Below, piece by piece: positions 30,275 to 40,575 of a stretch of DNA of 64,000 nt (the stretch's first letter is position 1; every line of letters starts with the position of its first letter). Source of the DNA: Patescibacteria group bacterium (GTDB lineage Bacteria > Patescibacteriota > WWE3 > UBA101185 > UBA10185); NCBI GenBank assembly GCA_026004595.1, contig BPJL01000008.1, positions 13,383 through 77,382 on the forward strand, read 5' to 3'. A program made the position numbers and the translations under genes. The notes beneath the pieces were generated by a model. That model did no database searches, was not told the DNA's origin, and saw nothing but the letters and a program-made list of their open reading frames with translations.

Positions 30275-31477
30275 ATGGGAACTAATTGCGGAAAGCACTT
30301 AAAACCAGTACCAACCAATAGTTGTGATGGTGGTGTGATTGACATTCCCCACTTTTGCAGCTTCTTGATGACAGGTAAAAGAGAATTCTGTAGAGCAATC
30401 GGAGACGGTGAGTGGGTGTATGACAGTAGTCACGGTTTCTGTTTTTTTGACGGTATAACAGACTTTGGTTTCGGCTGTTGTCATGGTACATGTGGTATAC
30501 CATTTGGTAGTAAGCTAAGGTGCAGAAGGGTTAGTTACAAAGCTGATCCAACTAAATGCTGTCTTCAGGACTACGTTTGCAGTAAAAACTGCTTTGTCGA
30601 TAACAAAACATGTGATCCTAAATACAGGGACTCAAGTACACCGGAATGCAAACAGAGGATAATGTCATACTGTACAACGGGTGAAGACCTGCTTGACAAG
30701 TGGAACAACGAGTGCTATCAGAGTCTATGGAGAATTCTCTACAAAAGCTGTCTAAAAGAAAAAATAACCGGTCTTCCTTTTGACACGGAAAACTTTCTTT
30801 TTGCTAAGAAGATGATAACAACTCTTTTTGAGAAATACTTAGCTAGTGGAGGCGTACTCACTGATGACCCAACAACTACGGGAGACACTACTCTTGATGG
30901 AGTACTCTATAAAATCTGCTATAACACTCCAAGTTTATGTGAAGATTTTCTGTCGAGGTACTGTGTTAACAGAAAACCTTCCAAATGGTGTGGTTGTTAT
31001 ACGAAACAGTTCGATTTAATGGTACCAAGAGAATGCTTACCCTCGTGTAACAGAAGCGGTGTAATTGGAATCTCGACCAATAACAAGTTGGGTAAAAAAA
31101 TATGTGATAGCACTATGTGTGTGATAGAAGATAACACCATATCCATATTTAAATCAGAGATAGGCAATATCAGTTTTGAACAGCTGTGTGGCACATGTCT
31201 CAAAAATGGAGGAGGCTGTAGCTGTTATATTCTAAACAACACGATAAAGGCGATCGATGGAAATGTTGGCGAGATAAACCTTTCCCAAAACTGTGACAGC
31301 GCTCTCTGTTTTAAAGACGGAAAGCAGGTTGACTGTTTCAGTGACATTAAACCAACAGTAATACACCCTCATGAAAAGATAGCCATAATACTTTTGGTAT
31401 CATTCGCTGTGACAATGCTACTTATAACTATTCACAAATTTTATAACAGATATATTTCCTATAAGAGGACCTTATAG
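30275..31477 (+). CDS. Myristoylated Cys-rich membrane protein, poxvirus A16/G9 entry-fusion-complex-like
   Basis: MG start; DPTKCC, WCGCY, PRECLPSC, CDSTMCVI, FEQLCG; C-terminal transmembrane helix. Confidence 0.8.
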   Translation: MGTNCGKHLKPVPTNSCDGGVIDIPHFCSFLMTGKREFCRAIGDGEWVYDSSHGFCFFDGITDFGFGCCHGTCGIPFGSKLRCRRVSYKADPTKCCLQDYVCSKNCFVDNKTCDPKYRDSSTPECKQRIMSYCTTGEDLLDKWNNECYQSLWRILYKSCLKEKITGLPFDTENFLFAKKMITTLFEKYLASGGVLTDDPTTTGDTTLDGVLYKICYNTPSLCEDFLSRYCVNRKPSKWCGCYTKQFDLMVPRECLPSCNRSGVIGISTNNKLGKKICDSTMCVIEDNTISIFKSEIGNISFEQLCGTCLKNGGGCSCYILNNTIKAIDGNVGEINLSQNCDSALCFKDGKQVDCFSDIKPTVIHPHEKIAIILLVSFAVTMLLITIHKFYNRYISYKRTL

Positions 31478-31589
31478 TACTGTTTTTAAAAGAAAAGAAC
31501 CAGTATATCACTAGTATTATCATCGGTGTCAAAACTCCAAGCATGTAAGAAATTACTGAATCTATCATTTTAAAATAAGACATATTTAA

Positions 31590-33102
31590 ATGGACTTTAA
31601 ACCAAAACTCGTCATTATAAGATCAGATCTTACTTTATCCAAAGAGCTTGAGGAGCTTAATAAGGCAAAGGGAGACAAAGAGATCGCGTGTTACTTTATC
31701 AGGTGTGACTACAGAAAAGTAGACAAGACTAACTATGATGAAACAAGAACAATTGCAATAGTTCCTAAGTACATATACGATCATTTTACTAAAAACAGTG
31801 TACCAGAGCTGTTGATGGAAAAATACCGTATTGATAAAACAAAACATTACCCGAAAGATGAAGCGACTTTTGCCTTTTTTATACCCCTTCCAACCTACGT
31901 GAGCGATGATATTAGCAAAGAGGAAAGGCTTCTTTACTTGTCACAGCTTTATCTTCACTTGGAGCATTTCAAAAATATTGGTATGTTCGATGATGATTAT
32001 AAAATACTTATACAAACTTTAGGCGGTAAACCATTAAACAGAATGATCGTGATTTTCGAGTCCATGGCAGACGTCTATTTTTCAGAAGAACCAAATGAAG
32101 AGGTGCAAAAGAAGATGGAGAAAATAGCAAAAATCAAGGTAGCACTTGATCTGACGCGTTGGTTTATTCCTCGCGATGGAGAACTTTTTCCCTATGACGA
32201 TAAGGAGTCTTACTACAGACACGTTTCCTGGTGCGAAAGAGGAAAACTGTTATCAACACTTTTTAGAAAAAACTTTATAACATATGATAAAGGAGAATCA
32301 AAAGTCCTCAAAAAAGTGGAAGAGGTCAGCAAAAAGAAGCGTGAGCCGCGTGAGCCATGTGAGTGGCGTGAGTTGCGTGAGCGACGTGAGCAACGTGAGC
32401 AACGTGAGTTGCGTGAGCGAAGCGAACGGCGAAGCGAACGGTGGCATCAGCCGTGTGGTGAACATTGTAAGCCATTCGAATCACACTATCAGAGACGATA
32501 TTGGCAACGTAGACGGTTTGAACCACGTTGGTACTATGGAAGACGTAGATGGTTTGAGACGGGTGATCGGCGTGATTGGCGTGAGCCGCGTGAGCAACGT
32601 GAGTGTGAGCAACGTGAGTTGCGTGAGCAAAGCGAACGGTGGCGTCAGCCACGTGAGCAACGTGAGTTGCGTGAGCAACGTGAGCAACGTGAGCCGCGTG
32701 AGCAACGTGAGCAACGTGAGCAACGTGAGCCGCGTGAGCAACGTGAGCGACGTGAGCAACGTGAGTTGCGTGAGCAACGTGAGCAACGTGAGCAACGTGA
32801 GCGACGTGAGCAACGTGAGCGACGTGAGCAACGTGAGTTGCGTGAGCCGCGTGAGCGACGTGAGCGACGTGAGCGAAGCGTAACGGTGGCGTCAGCCGCG
32901 TGAGCAACGCGAGCGACGTGAGCAACGTGAGTTGCGTGAGCCGCGTGAGCGACGTGAGCGACGTGAGCGAAGCGAACGGTGGCGTCAGCCGCGTGAGCAA
33001 CGTGAGCGACGTGAGCCAAGTGAGCGAAGCGAACGGCAAAGCGAACGGCTGCTTGAGTCAGAAGAATGGGTAGTAGTTAAGCCAAAAAGAACTTTCCATT
33101 AA
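31590..33102 (+). CDS. Protein with globular N-terminus and long Arg/Glu (REQ/RER/REL/REP) tail; +1 frameshift at 32881
   Basis: The track ORF stops at 32903. Removing the extra T at 32881 restores the repeat block AGCGAACGGTGGCGTCAG and extends the frame to ...LESEEWVVVKPKRTFH* at 33102. Confidence 0.75.
32340..33050 (+). repeat. CGTGAG-NNN 9-bp coding microsatellite
   Basis: Dozens of CGTGAG(CAA/CGA/TTG/CCG) units, interrupted by unique sequence at ~32455-32575. Confidence 0.95.
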
Positions 33103-33721
33103 CATACTTTAGATTGATTATCTCTTTAATCTCATTATCCTCCATTTTTATCATTTTTGATTTTAGCTTGCATAATGCTATACCAAGTCTAAGGATGTCA
33201 AAAAGCCTTGCTTTCTCTGTTTCTGATAAACAGTATGTTTCTGACAGCATTGAAACATACTTGCTTAAGTATACCATTTTTTCGGGATAGGACTTTATCT
33301 GACTCCAACTAACTATCTCTTCTGGTTCCGAATCAGTTATCTTTTCCTCTTCGTTAGGGGAGAAAAGACCTGCTTTGGTTTTCATAAACTCTATTAGAAC
33401 TGTCTTTAGTTCTTCTCTAGCAACTGTGCTTAAATCAAGCTTTGACTGTCTTGATGATTTGTAATGAAGAACTCCATCAACAAACTTAAAGCCGCGGTAA
33501 AACCTTCCCTTTGATGCCTCTTCAAAAAGCTTTTTCCAAAACTCATCGTCTGTTTCATCAGCTATCTCCTTAAATATGGGATGAATGATCTGTTCATCTA
33601 TCTTTTTTAAGCCTCTTGCGAGAGTCTTGTTCTTTCCCGTGGGGTTAAGAGATGTTTTCTTCTGACTTGAAGAGTATATTGGCGTATCGTTGTCCGAAAA
33701 AATAACTAGCATATCATTCAT
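33077..33721 (-). CDS. Conserved NCLDV-type hypothetical protein
   Basis: IIHPIF...DEFWKKLFEEASKGRF resembles a conserved irido-/marseillevirus-type family (recalled, unverified). Confidence 0.6.
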   Translation of the reverse strand: MNDMLVIFSDNDTPIYSSSQKKTSLNPTGKNKTLARGLKKIDEQIIHPIFKEIADETDDEFWKKLFEEASKGRFYRGFKFVDGVLHYKSSRQSKLDLSTVAREELKTVLIEFMKTKAGLFSPNEEEKITDSEPEEIVSWSQIKSYPEKMVYLSKYVSMLSETYCLSETEKARLFDILRLGIALCKLKSKMIKMEDNEIKEIINLKYVNGKFFLA

Positions 33722-33743
33722 TTTTGTTAACTAAAAACGAACA

Positions 33744-34382
33744 ATGTTTCATATATATAAAATGGTAACTAAAGACATAACAGATTTTCTTCCTATATAC
33801 GTAAAAGGCAGAAAAAACATAGAGGAACTGCTCTTTTGGTACCTAAAACTGGTGATGTATGATAGTCATATTAGAAAATATATAAAGGAAAATTTTTCTG
33901 ATGTTGAACTGGTTTGTCACTGTGAGGGACTAAAGTATGACTTGTGTCAGGGTGATATTATTGTTCTTATTTTAAGGAAAACAATATCACCCGGTCTGTA
34001 TCGGATAATTTTGGAAAGAGGATATGACACTACTGTTCCAATGGCTGATACTATTGTAAAAACTGGTTTGGTTAAAGGACCACGTAACAATAGACTGATA
34101 TATAAAAGAGTTAGAAATCTGGTTTACTTAGCATCATACCTTGATATGGACATAAACAGTTTAAAAGAACACTGTTATGAAGATTCAAATAGTGAACTAT
34201 CAAAACTGTTAAGGGGTGGTGAAACAACTGCTAAAAAATTATCATACGATCTAAAGATTTCTAAGAAAGACGCAGAGATGATAATAAACTCAGACTGTAT
34301 TGATTCTAACTTATTACTTGATGAAACTGCTTTTGAACTATACATCCTTGGAACACATACTTTTCACCTTCCTGAGAGCTAA
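33744..34382 (+). CDS. Hypothetical protein with DUF4326-like Cys motif
   Basis: LVCHC......CQGDII resembles the LxCxCxPxxCHGDVL signature. Confidence 0.5.
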   Translation: MFHIYKMVTKDITDFLPIYVKGRKNIEELLFWYLKLVMYDSHIRKYIKENFSDVELVCHCEGLKYDLCQGDIIVLILRKTISPGLYRIILERGYDTTVPMADTIVKTGLVKGPRNNRLIYKRVRNLVYLASYLDMDINSLKEHCYEDSNSELSKLLRGGETTAKKLSYDLKISKKDAEMIINSDCIDSNLLLDETAFELYILGTHTFHLPES

Positions 34383-35174
34383 ATTTACCGTTTCAAAGTT
34401 CCAGTTTTTATCCGTTACTATACCTGAGTTTATACAAAAGTTTGCTGAAACCCTTCTTAGAGTCTCAAAAACAGCGTACCTGTAGTTAGCGCTTTCTATC
34501 ATTTCCATTAAGATTGTTCTGTCTTTTACTCTTGGAAAAAGCTTGTATGTGTGTATACAGCCCTTTATCGCAACTGTTTCAGGGTTCATGCACCAGTTTG
34601 GCATTGTTAACTTCTCTTTAGTCGAAGATCTTTTTGGTGCTATCATCTTTCTATTGTTAATCTGATAGTAGTAATACCAATAAACAATCGTGAGCATTGA
34701 TTTGATTACTTTTAGTGTTTCAGTGTCTGGGTTTGGTGTACCCTTTCCACTGAACACTGGAAAGACGCCAGTAAGCTTCTTTTCCATCAACTCTGTTAAC
34801 GATAACTTTTTGTCGGACTGAATGAAAGCCCTGTTTTCACATGAGAAGTCTTCTACTATACACTGTACTTCATAGCAGTTAAGAGGAACCTTTGAATAGT
34901 AGATGTAAACGATGTTGTTGTCGGGAAGTGACATTTTTATACCCTTTTTGCTTAGTCTAAAAGTGTTCTCTTTAACCCGTTCAACGGTAAAAGTACCATC
35001 TGAATCAGTCGCGTCTTTCACTGCTTGAATACTGTCCAGAAAACAGTATAATTTTAGTTTATCAGTATCCTCAAAGACAAGGTTAGTATCAAAGACGTAA
35101 ACATTTCCTTTCACCTGTTCTAACTCTTCTTTAGTGGGTAATATTACATCACCACAGATGACAAAGTTGGTCAT
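34338..35174 (-). CDS. Hypothetical protein
   Basis: 278-aa ORF, TAAAATG start. Confidence 0.65.
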   Translation of the reverse strand: MTNFVICGDVILPTKEELEQVKGNVYVFDTNLVFEDTDKLKLYCFLDSIQAVKDATDSDGTFTVERVKENTFRLSKKGIKMSLPDNNIVYIYYSKVPLNCYEVQCIVEDFSCENRAFIQSDKKLSLTELMEKKLTGVFPVFSGKGTPNPDTETLKVIKSMLTIVYWYYYYQINNRKMIAPKRSSTKEKLTMPNWCMNPETVAIKGCIHTYKLFPRVKDRTILMEMIESANYRYAVFETLRRVSANFCINSGIVTDKNWNFETVNLALRKVKSMCSKDV

Positions 35175-35201
35175 TTTAGAACTGTTTGATATTGTTGTCT
35201 A

Positions 35202-35711
35202 TCAGTTTTGATGCTGTTCAATCAGTTTTGATGCCCTGTAGGTTAGAGCCTTTTTGTATTTGTCATCGTTTGTGTTTTGACCTCTTCCGTTTAAGATCCT
35301 CTCACATGTTTCCCATTTACATCTTCCCAACGTTTCATCATCTCCTTCTATTTTACCCTTTTCAAATGAAAAGGTTTTGTAAAAGCTTTTATCGCAGAAG
35401 TAAAGCTTTCCAACTGGATTATCAACCTTTACCAGTTTATCACCGTCAAGTTTATAGTCCTCAAAATACTGTATTGGACAGACACAGTCTTTACCGTCTT
35501 CTTGGGTAAAGTTGTCTAATCTACAAGCATACAGTATGGGAATAAGCTTTAACACTGGGCTTGTTGGATTATCTTTGCCACAGATCCAGTCAGCATAGCA
35601 CCAATCACTCGGGTACTTGAGTATTGAGATCTCTTTACCCTTGATAAAGAAGTAAACAACAGTTAAAACCAATAGTATTAACATCAGGATTATCCATATG
35701 ATAAATAGCAT
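35202..35711 (-). CDS. N-anchored Cys-containing membrane protein
   Basis: Hydrophobic N-terminus, WCYADWIC, CVCP. Confidence 0.65.
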   Translation of the reverse strand: MLFIIWIILMLILLVLTVVYFFIKGKEISILKYPSDWCYADWICGKDNPTSPVLKLIPILYACRLDNFTQEDGKDCVCPIQYFEDYKLDGDKLVKVDNPVGKLYFCDKSFYKTFSFEKGKIEGDDETLGRCKWETCERILNGRGQNTNDDKYKKALTYRASKLIEQHQN

Positions 35712-35714
35712 GTT

Positions 35715-35939
35715 TTATGTTGATGATACTTTCTTTAGATTTTGTGACACCTGTTCATGTATTTTACCATCTGATCCCTTTCTCCAAGCAAGAGAACCGT
35801 CTTCACAGTGATAGATCGGACAGCCCACTGATTCGTTGTTAAGAATGGAATGATAATTATGATAAGAAACACCTATTAGTATCACAGTTATTATTATTAA
35901 CACTACTGTAATAGAGATAAATATAATGAATATATCCAT
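35715..35939 (-). CDS. Small N-anchored membrane protein
   Basis: Likely start MDIFII at 35939; CPIYHC motif. Confidence 0.55.
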   Translation of the reverse strand: MDIFIIFISITVVLIIITVILIGVSYHNYHSILNNESVGCPIYHCEDGSLAWRKGSDGKIHEQVSQNLKKVSST

Positions 35940-35970
35940 GTAGCATAAATTTATATATAGTTTATATAAA

Positions 35971-37689
35971 ATGGAAGATATAACATTAGACAGGGAGAGA
36001 ATATCTGGTCCGGTGGATAACACTACTCCCCACTGTGTACTGAAACAGCTTCTGGATAATATTAATCTAAACTCCAACGTTAAAGTGAGATATGATGATG
36101 GAACTGATCTCTATAAACTTTATCAAAAGGTTAAAAGCGATGATATAGAGTTTAAAAGTTCCAGTGATAAAACCGCTTTAGCACTGTTTATTAACAGTGA
36201 CCCCTTTGTCTGTTGGGACGAAGAATCACTTGACAAAGCCACAAAAAGTCTTTTAAGGTTTTACGATGGTTTAAAGGTTATAATAGAATCAGTAAATAAA
36301 GTAGGTTACATAACCCCTGATAACATTGACTCTTATGACCCATCAATGCTCTATAGACTCTGTAAGTTTTTCAAGATAGAAACATTTTACACAATGACAA
36401 TGGAACAGATGGCTAACGCGATAAACCTTTTAAACGGTGACATCGAAATGATAAGAAGAAACTTAACACTTTACCTAAAGGAGATCACTCCATCAGAACT
36501 GGTATCCGTTTACACTTTTTTAAACAGAAACTCTAACAGGTTGATAACTGATCATGACTATAAGAACTTTATATCAGAATACGTTGAAAATAAAAAAGAA
36601 ATAGTTGTAAAAGAAAAAATTGACACGATAGTAAAAAACGTTAAAGACAGAGACTTTCTTTTAAGAAACTATACACCAGCGACTGGAGAGGAAGCAGTTG
36701 TTCTCTCGGGAATAAACTTTGGAATTAACCTGCTTGACTCCGATACACCCATATCCGATTACCTTGAACTAAAGAGAAGCGTCGAACTTTTTGTTCCAAA
36801 ATCAGCTCTTTTCGCAAAAAGGTACATTCTAAACCGTGAATTCTACAAATTAGAAAACAGATGGGTGCCTGACTTAAGAAACCTCTACTCGCAGGACCTG
36901 ATAGAAAATCTGGCCCTTTTTGAGGGATGGAATAACGACGGTGATGTAATAGAGTTTCTTGATAACGTGAGAAAAAGTTATACCTTTTATCACGGTGTTC
37001 ATCCATACGCAATAAAAGACAAGGATGATAAAATAGAAGGTAACATTACTTATGGCTGTGAAGAGAAAGGGGAATTTGTTGTGTTATCTGAGGACGATCT
37101 TATATCAATGATTAGAAACTATGGTTTTAGGACACCTAACTCAATTACGTTAAGTGGTAATGTGTGTCAACTAACATCAGCTTCTTTAAGAAAACTGTTA
37201 AACATCTGTAGAAAGTATGACCTTAACAGGCTTTTAGAGATCATAAAAACAATGTTTAAAAGAACAAACATATTTAGTATCACGAGGTGGAATCTGGAGT
37301 ACACCAGAGTCGCTCTAATACTACTTTACGAACTCTCGCTTTACTTGAGGGGCTGGAAGTTGAAAAAGCTCTCTGGCAAGTCATCAGAACTACCTCCCCT
37401 GAAAAAGGAGGACACTTTGACCGAAAACTTTGATCAGCTTCAACTAAACGTCAACAACGCGGTTGACAGTCTGTATCAACACCTTGATAAGGACCTGGTC
37501 CTGAAAAACCTTTTTCTTAACCTCTGCGTGATAAACACTAACATGTCTATATACGAAGCAATAGAAAAGATAGTAAACGGTACTTACTGTATAAGGATGA
37601 TGTCAAACTATTTGCTTTCAACTGTTCATCACTACTGTAGTCAGCTTAACTTACCCCTGCCATTCGACGACTTTGACAACGTATACTAA
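35971..37689 (+). CDS. Hypothetical protein (572 aa)
   Basis: Long ORF with TAAAATG start; no motif recognised with confidence. Confidence 0.75.
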   Translation: MEDITLDRERISGPVDNTTPHCVLKQLLDNINLNSNVKVRYDDGTDLYKLYQKVKSDDIEFKSSSDKTALALFINSDPFVCWDEESLDKATKSLLRFYDGLKVIIESVNKVGYITPDNIDSYDPSMLYRLCKFFKIETFYTMTMEQMANAINLLNGDIEMIRRNLTLYLKEITPSELVSVYTFLNRNSNRLITDHDYKNFISEYVENKKEIVVKEKIDTIVKNVKDRDFLLRNYTPATGEEAVVLSGINFGINLLDSDTPISDYLELKRSVELFVPKSALFAKRYILNREFYKLENRWVPDLRNLYSQDLIENLALFEGWNNDGDVIEFLDNVRKSYTFYHGVHPYAIKDKDDKIEGNITYGCEEKGEFVVLSEDDLISMIRNYGFRTPNSITLSGNVCQLTSASLRKLLNICRKYDLNRLLEIIKTMFKRTNIFSITRWNLEYTRVALILLYELSLYLRGWKLKKLSGKSSELPPLKKEDTLTENFDQLQLNVNNAVDSLYQHLDKDLVLKNLFLNLCVINTNMSIYEAIEKIVNGTYCIRMMSNYLLSTVHHYCSQLNLPLPFDDFDNVY

Positions 37690-38216
37690 ACGTGAACGAA
37701 TGGTGACCTGATTGAGCTTATTCGATGAAGTAGTATCTCTCTTTCTATTGACTGTAGTTCGTTTATCGCCTTCGTTACGTCTATCTGTTTTATCAGTGAA
37801 GGGTTAGGAAACTTTCTGGCAGAAGCAACAATCTCCTCGCAGAACCTTACAAGCTTTGACCAGTCCTCTGAGCTTATGTCATTTGATTCCATTGAGTGTA
37901 TAGCATTGTCCAGTTTGTCTCTTATCATCTTATAGTATCTCATTACGGCTCTTGATGACTCTGATCTTCTATGGAAACCAACGGTTGCTTCTAACGTCTT
38001 AAGCGAAACAACAATTGACATCATGACCGTTGAAGCATCTTTGTTAATATATTCTACTTTGACGTTAATAGTGTTAATAAGCGTAAAAAACCATATTAAG
38101 ATATCAGAAACGTAACCAACTATGCTCCATATTCTAAACCAAAGTCTGCTCTCTTTGAAAGCCTTATCAAAGTCGTCTCTAGCAGTCTTTATGTTGGAAA
38201 ACCTGTATTCGTCCAT
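37686..38216 (-). CDS. Two-helix membrane protein, SLATT-domain-like
   Basis: Two hydrophobic helices followed by GFHRRSESSRAVMRYYKMIRDKL amphipathic helix. Family call tentative. Confidence 0.45.
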   Translation of the reverse strand: MDEYRFSNIKTARDDFDKAFKESRLWFRIWSIVGYVSDILIWFFTLINTINVKVEYINKDASTVMMSIVVSLKTLEATVGFHRRSESSRAVMRYYKMIRDKLDNAIHSMESNDISSEDWSKLVRFCEEIVASARKFPNPSLIKQIDVTKAINELQSIEREILLHRISSIRSPFVHV

Positions 38217-39593
38217 TTAAATCATGGTTGATAATATTATTTTTCTTGGATAGTAATAAGAAAACATAACAAAACCATGGCTTGTCCATGGAATAAGAAA
38301 GTCATTGATGAAAAGGCTGTTTGACTTCATCACTGCTATTCTAATCTGTTCCAGTGTTCCTCCTGGGTCGTCCACATCAAAGTCGTCGAAGACTTCCTTC
38401 TGAACCTGCTTTAGCACCTCTCCCGTTTCAACCGAATAAACGTATATGTGTTCTTGGGTTGCAGTGATAAAGAACCTGGGAGAAAGAGAGTAAACGTTAC
38501 CCACAGCATTATATGTTCTCACGGGCGCGAAGTTCTCGAACAGATGAAAAAGGCCATTTTCATCCTTTAACATTAAAAGCTCATTATCGAACCTATCCTC
38601 GTAGAAGAAGCCATGGGGTGTTATGCTTAGCTTTTTTCTTTCTATCTCAACCCCATTAAGTTTGGCCTTTACTAATTCCCCGTCTTCTATCCAAGCAAAA
38701 AAGTTTTTAAATGTAAGTATTGCATCTTTGATTCCGATAAAAGTATTGTCATAAAGATTACCATCAAAGTCATAGAAGTAATTTAGATACCTTGTATAGA
38801 AACCGTTCTTCACTGGATAGTATTTACCATTCGGTATTCCTCTGGCTATCGTTTTCCACTCTAAGTCGTCCGTTAACTCTAGCATAACTTCTACTGAAGC
38901 GTTTTGATTAAGGCTTAGTGGTAAAAAAGTGCAGATCTTTTTAGTATTATCACAAACAAATCTTCTTTCACATGCCATTACAGAGCAGTCTTGTATCCAA
39001 CCAACTGTCTGTTGACAGCTGTTGTTAATGGAACAGGCTAAATCATTAGCACAGTCGTTGTTACTGTTACAGTAAGAGCCCTCTTCACCGGGTACGTTGA
39101 TGTTTTCGTATTGACAGATTCCTTTTAGACAGTTTCCCGAGGTACACTCGTCATCAACTTTACAGGTCTCGCCTATAACCTTTTTCTTTTTGCAGATACC
39201 ATTATCACAATAGCCAACACATTCTAATGAGCTGTTGCACTTAAACCCGTCGTCTCCTTTACAGACACCGTCCAAACAGACCAGACCTTCATCACATGGA
39301 GTGTTAACACAACTTTGAAAAAGGCCGTTTTCAACCGAACAGACACCGTTGCAGTACTTGGCTTCCGTTACACACTCCAGTATGGTTACACAGTTTTGAC
39401 CCAACTTTTTTAAACAGATATTGCCCTGACACTCAAGCCCATGATCACACTCACCATCACAGTCCATGCTAAACGTAGGCAAAAAGTTCTGTACCTTTGG
39501 CTTTTCATAGTGTAAAACAGATAACCATACTATAACAATGATAACAACAACAATTAGTAAAATAGATGAAAACCAGTCAATTAACTTTATCAT
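38217..39593 (-). CDS. Type II membrane protein with tandem Cys-rich modules and a beta-rich C-terminal domain
   Basis: Start MIKLIDW at 39593; transmembrane helix; repeated C-x5-C-x3/5-C-x4-C modules. Confidence 0.75.
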   Translation of the reverse strand: MIKLIDWFSSILLIVVVIIVIVWLSVLHYEKPKVQNFLPTFSMDCDGECDHGLECQGNICLKKLGQNCVTILECVTEAKYCNGVCSVENGLFQSCVNTPCDEGLVCLDGVCKGDDGFKCNSSLECVGYCDNGICKKKKVIGETCKVDDECTSGNCLKGICQYENINVPGEEGSYCNSNNDCANDLACSINNSCQQTVGWIQDCSVMACERRFVCDNTKKICTFLPLSLNQNASVEVMLELTDDLEWKTIARGIPNGKYYPVKNGFYTRYLNYFYDFDGNLYDNTFIGIKDAILTFKNFFAWIEDGELVKAKLNGVEIERKKLSITPHGFFYEDRFDNELLMLKDENGLFHLFENFAPVRTYNAVGNVYSLSPRFFITATQEHIYVYSVETGEVLKQVQKEVFDDFDVDDPGGTLEQIRIAVMKSNSLFINDFLIPWTSHGFVMFSYYYPRKIILSTMI

Positions 39594-39600
39594 ATTTAAA

Positions 39601-40575
39601 ATGTGGTTTGATTTTAAAACTCGTTTAACGAGAATAGATGACAAGAGCAACATGATAAACTTTGACCTGTTCTATGAAACGTACAAAAGGGTTCCAAGGT
39701 GGGGTCAGGCTAAACTTCTGTTTTTCGAGATACAGTTTCTCACTCACCACTGGTCATCGAAGCATAAAAACCCAACATTGCTTTACATAGGAGCTGCATC
39801 AGGAGAACACATAGTGATACTATCCCAACTTTTTCCCTCAATAAAGTTTGAACTCTACGATAACAGGGAGTTTGATAAAAGACTTTACTCACGTGATAAC
39901 GTTACAATACATAACAAGCTGTTTGAGGAAGAAGACTTAGAGTACTGGAAAGGAAAAGAACTATATCTTATATCAGATATAAGAACAGTTGATTACCTTG
40001 ATAAAGAGGGAGTGACTAAAGAGGATCTGATAAACAATGATGAGATTATTATCAAGGACATGGAACTTCAAAGGCATTGGTATGAAGTACTAAAACCCAT
40101 TGCTGCTAGCCTAAAGTTTAGGTTACCTTACTTTTTTCACAATGAGCTGTCTTACCTTGATGGGAAGTTAATAGTTCAACCCTGGGCACCAAGAAACACG
40201 ACAGAATGCAGACTAATACCCAACGGCAAAACGAAGACTTGGAACATAAGAGAACACGTTAACAAAATGGCATACCTTAACACAATAGTAAGAAAAGAGT
40301 TTAGATTTTACAATTTCATCGATGGTAACTCAAAGAAACCGTTTTCGGTTAAACATGGCCTTAATAACGACTTTGATTCAGCTTACACGGTTCTAATAGC
40401 ACTAAACTACCTGAAGAAAATGTCAATGTACAACAGTAACACAACACTGATAAACTTTCTCGGGTCCCTTTTGCTTAAAATAAACGATATACCTTTACCT
40501 TATATAAGGGTAAATATTAAACTTAAGTACAATGATAAGGGAGATAATAATACCGATGATAATAAAAAAGTATAA
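39601..40575 (+). CDS. Cap-specific mRNA 2'-O-methyltransferase / poly(A) polymerase regulatory subunit (VP39-like)
   Basis: WGQAKLLFFEIQFL, YIGAASGEHI, LISDIRT, LKFRLPY, QPWAP..TTECRL (K-D-K-E tetrad). Confidence 0.92.
   Translation: MWFDFKTRLTRIDDKSNMINFDLFYETYKRVPRWGQAKLLFFEIQFLTHHWSSKHKNPTLLYIGAASGEHIVILSQLFPSIKFELYDNREFDKRLYSRDNVTIHNKLFEEEDLEYWKGKELYLISDIRTVDYLDKEGVTKEDLINNDEIIIKDMELQRHWYEVLKPIAASLKFRLPYFFHNELSYLDGKLIVQPWAPRNTTECRLIPNGKTKTWNIREHVNKMAYLNTIVRKEFRFYNFIDGNSKKPFSVKHGLNNDFDSAYTVLIALNYLKKMSMYNSNTTLINFLGSLLLKINDIPLPYIRVNIKLKYNDKGDNNTDDNKKV

Noticed and set aside
32284-33039. Alternative-frame ORFs (VSNVS, AHVAHV, LTLLT repeats), and likewise 52895-53479 and 11713-12083
   Set aside because: These are shadows of stop-free microsatellites. 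Only one frame is continuous with a unique-sequence gene.
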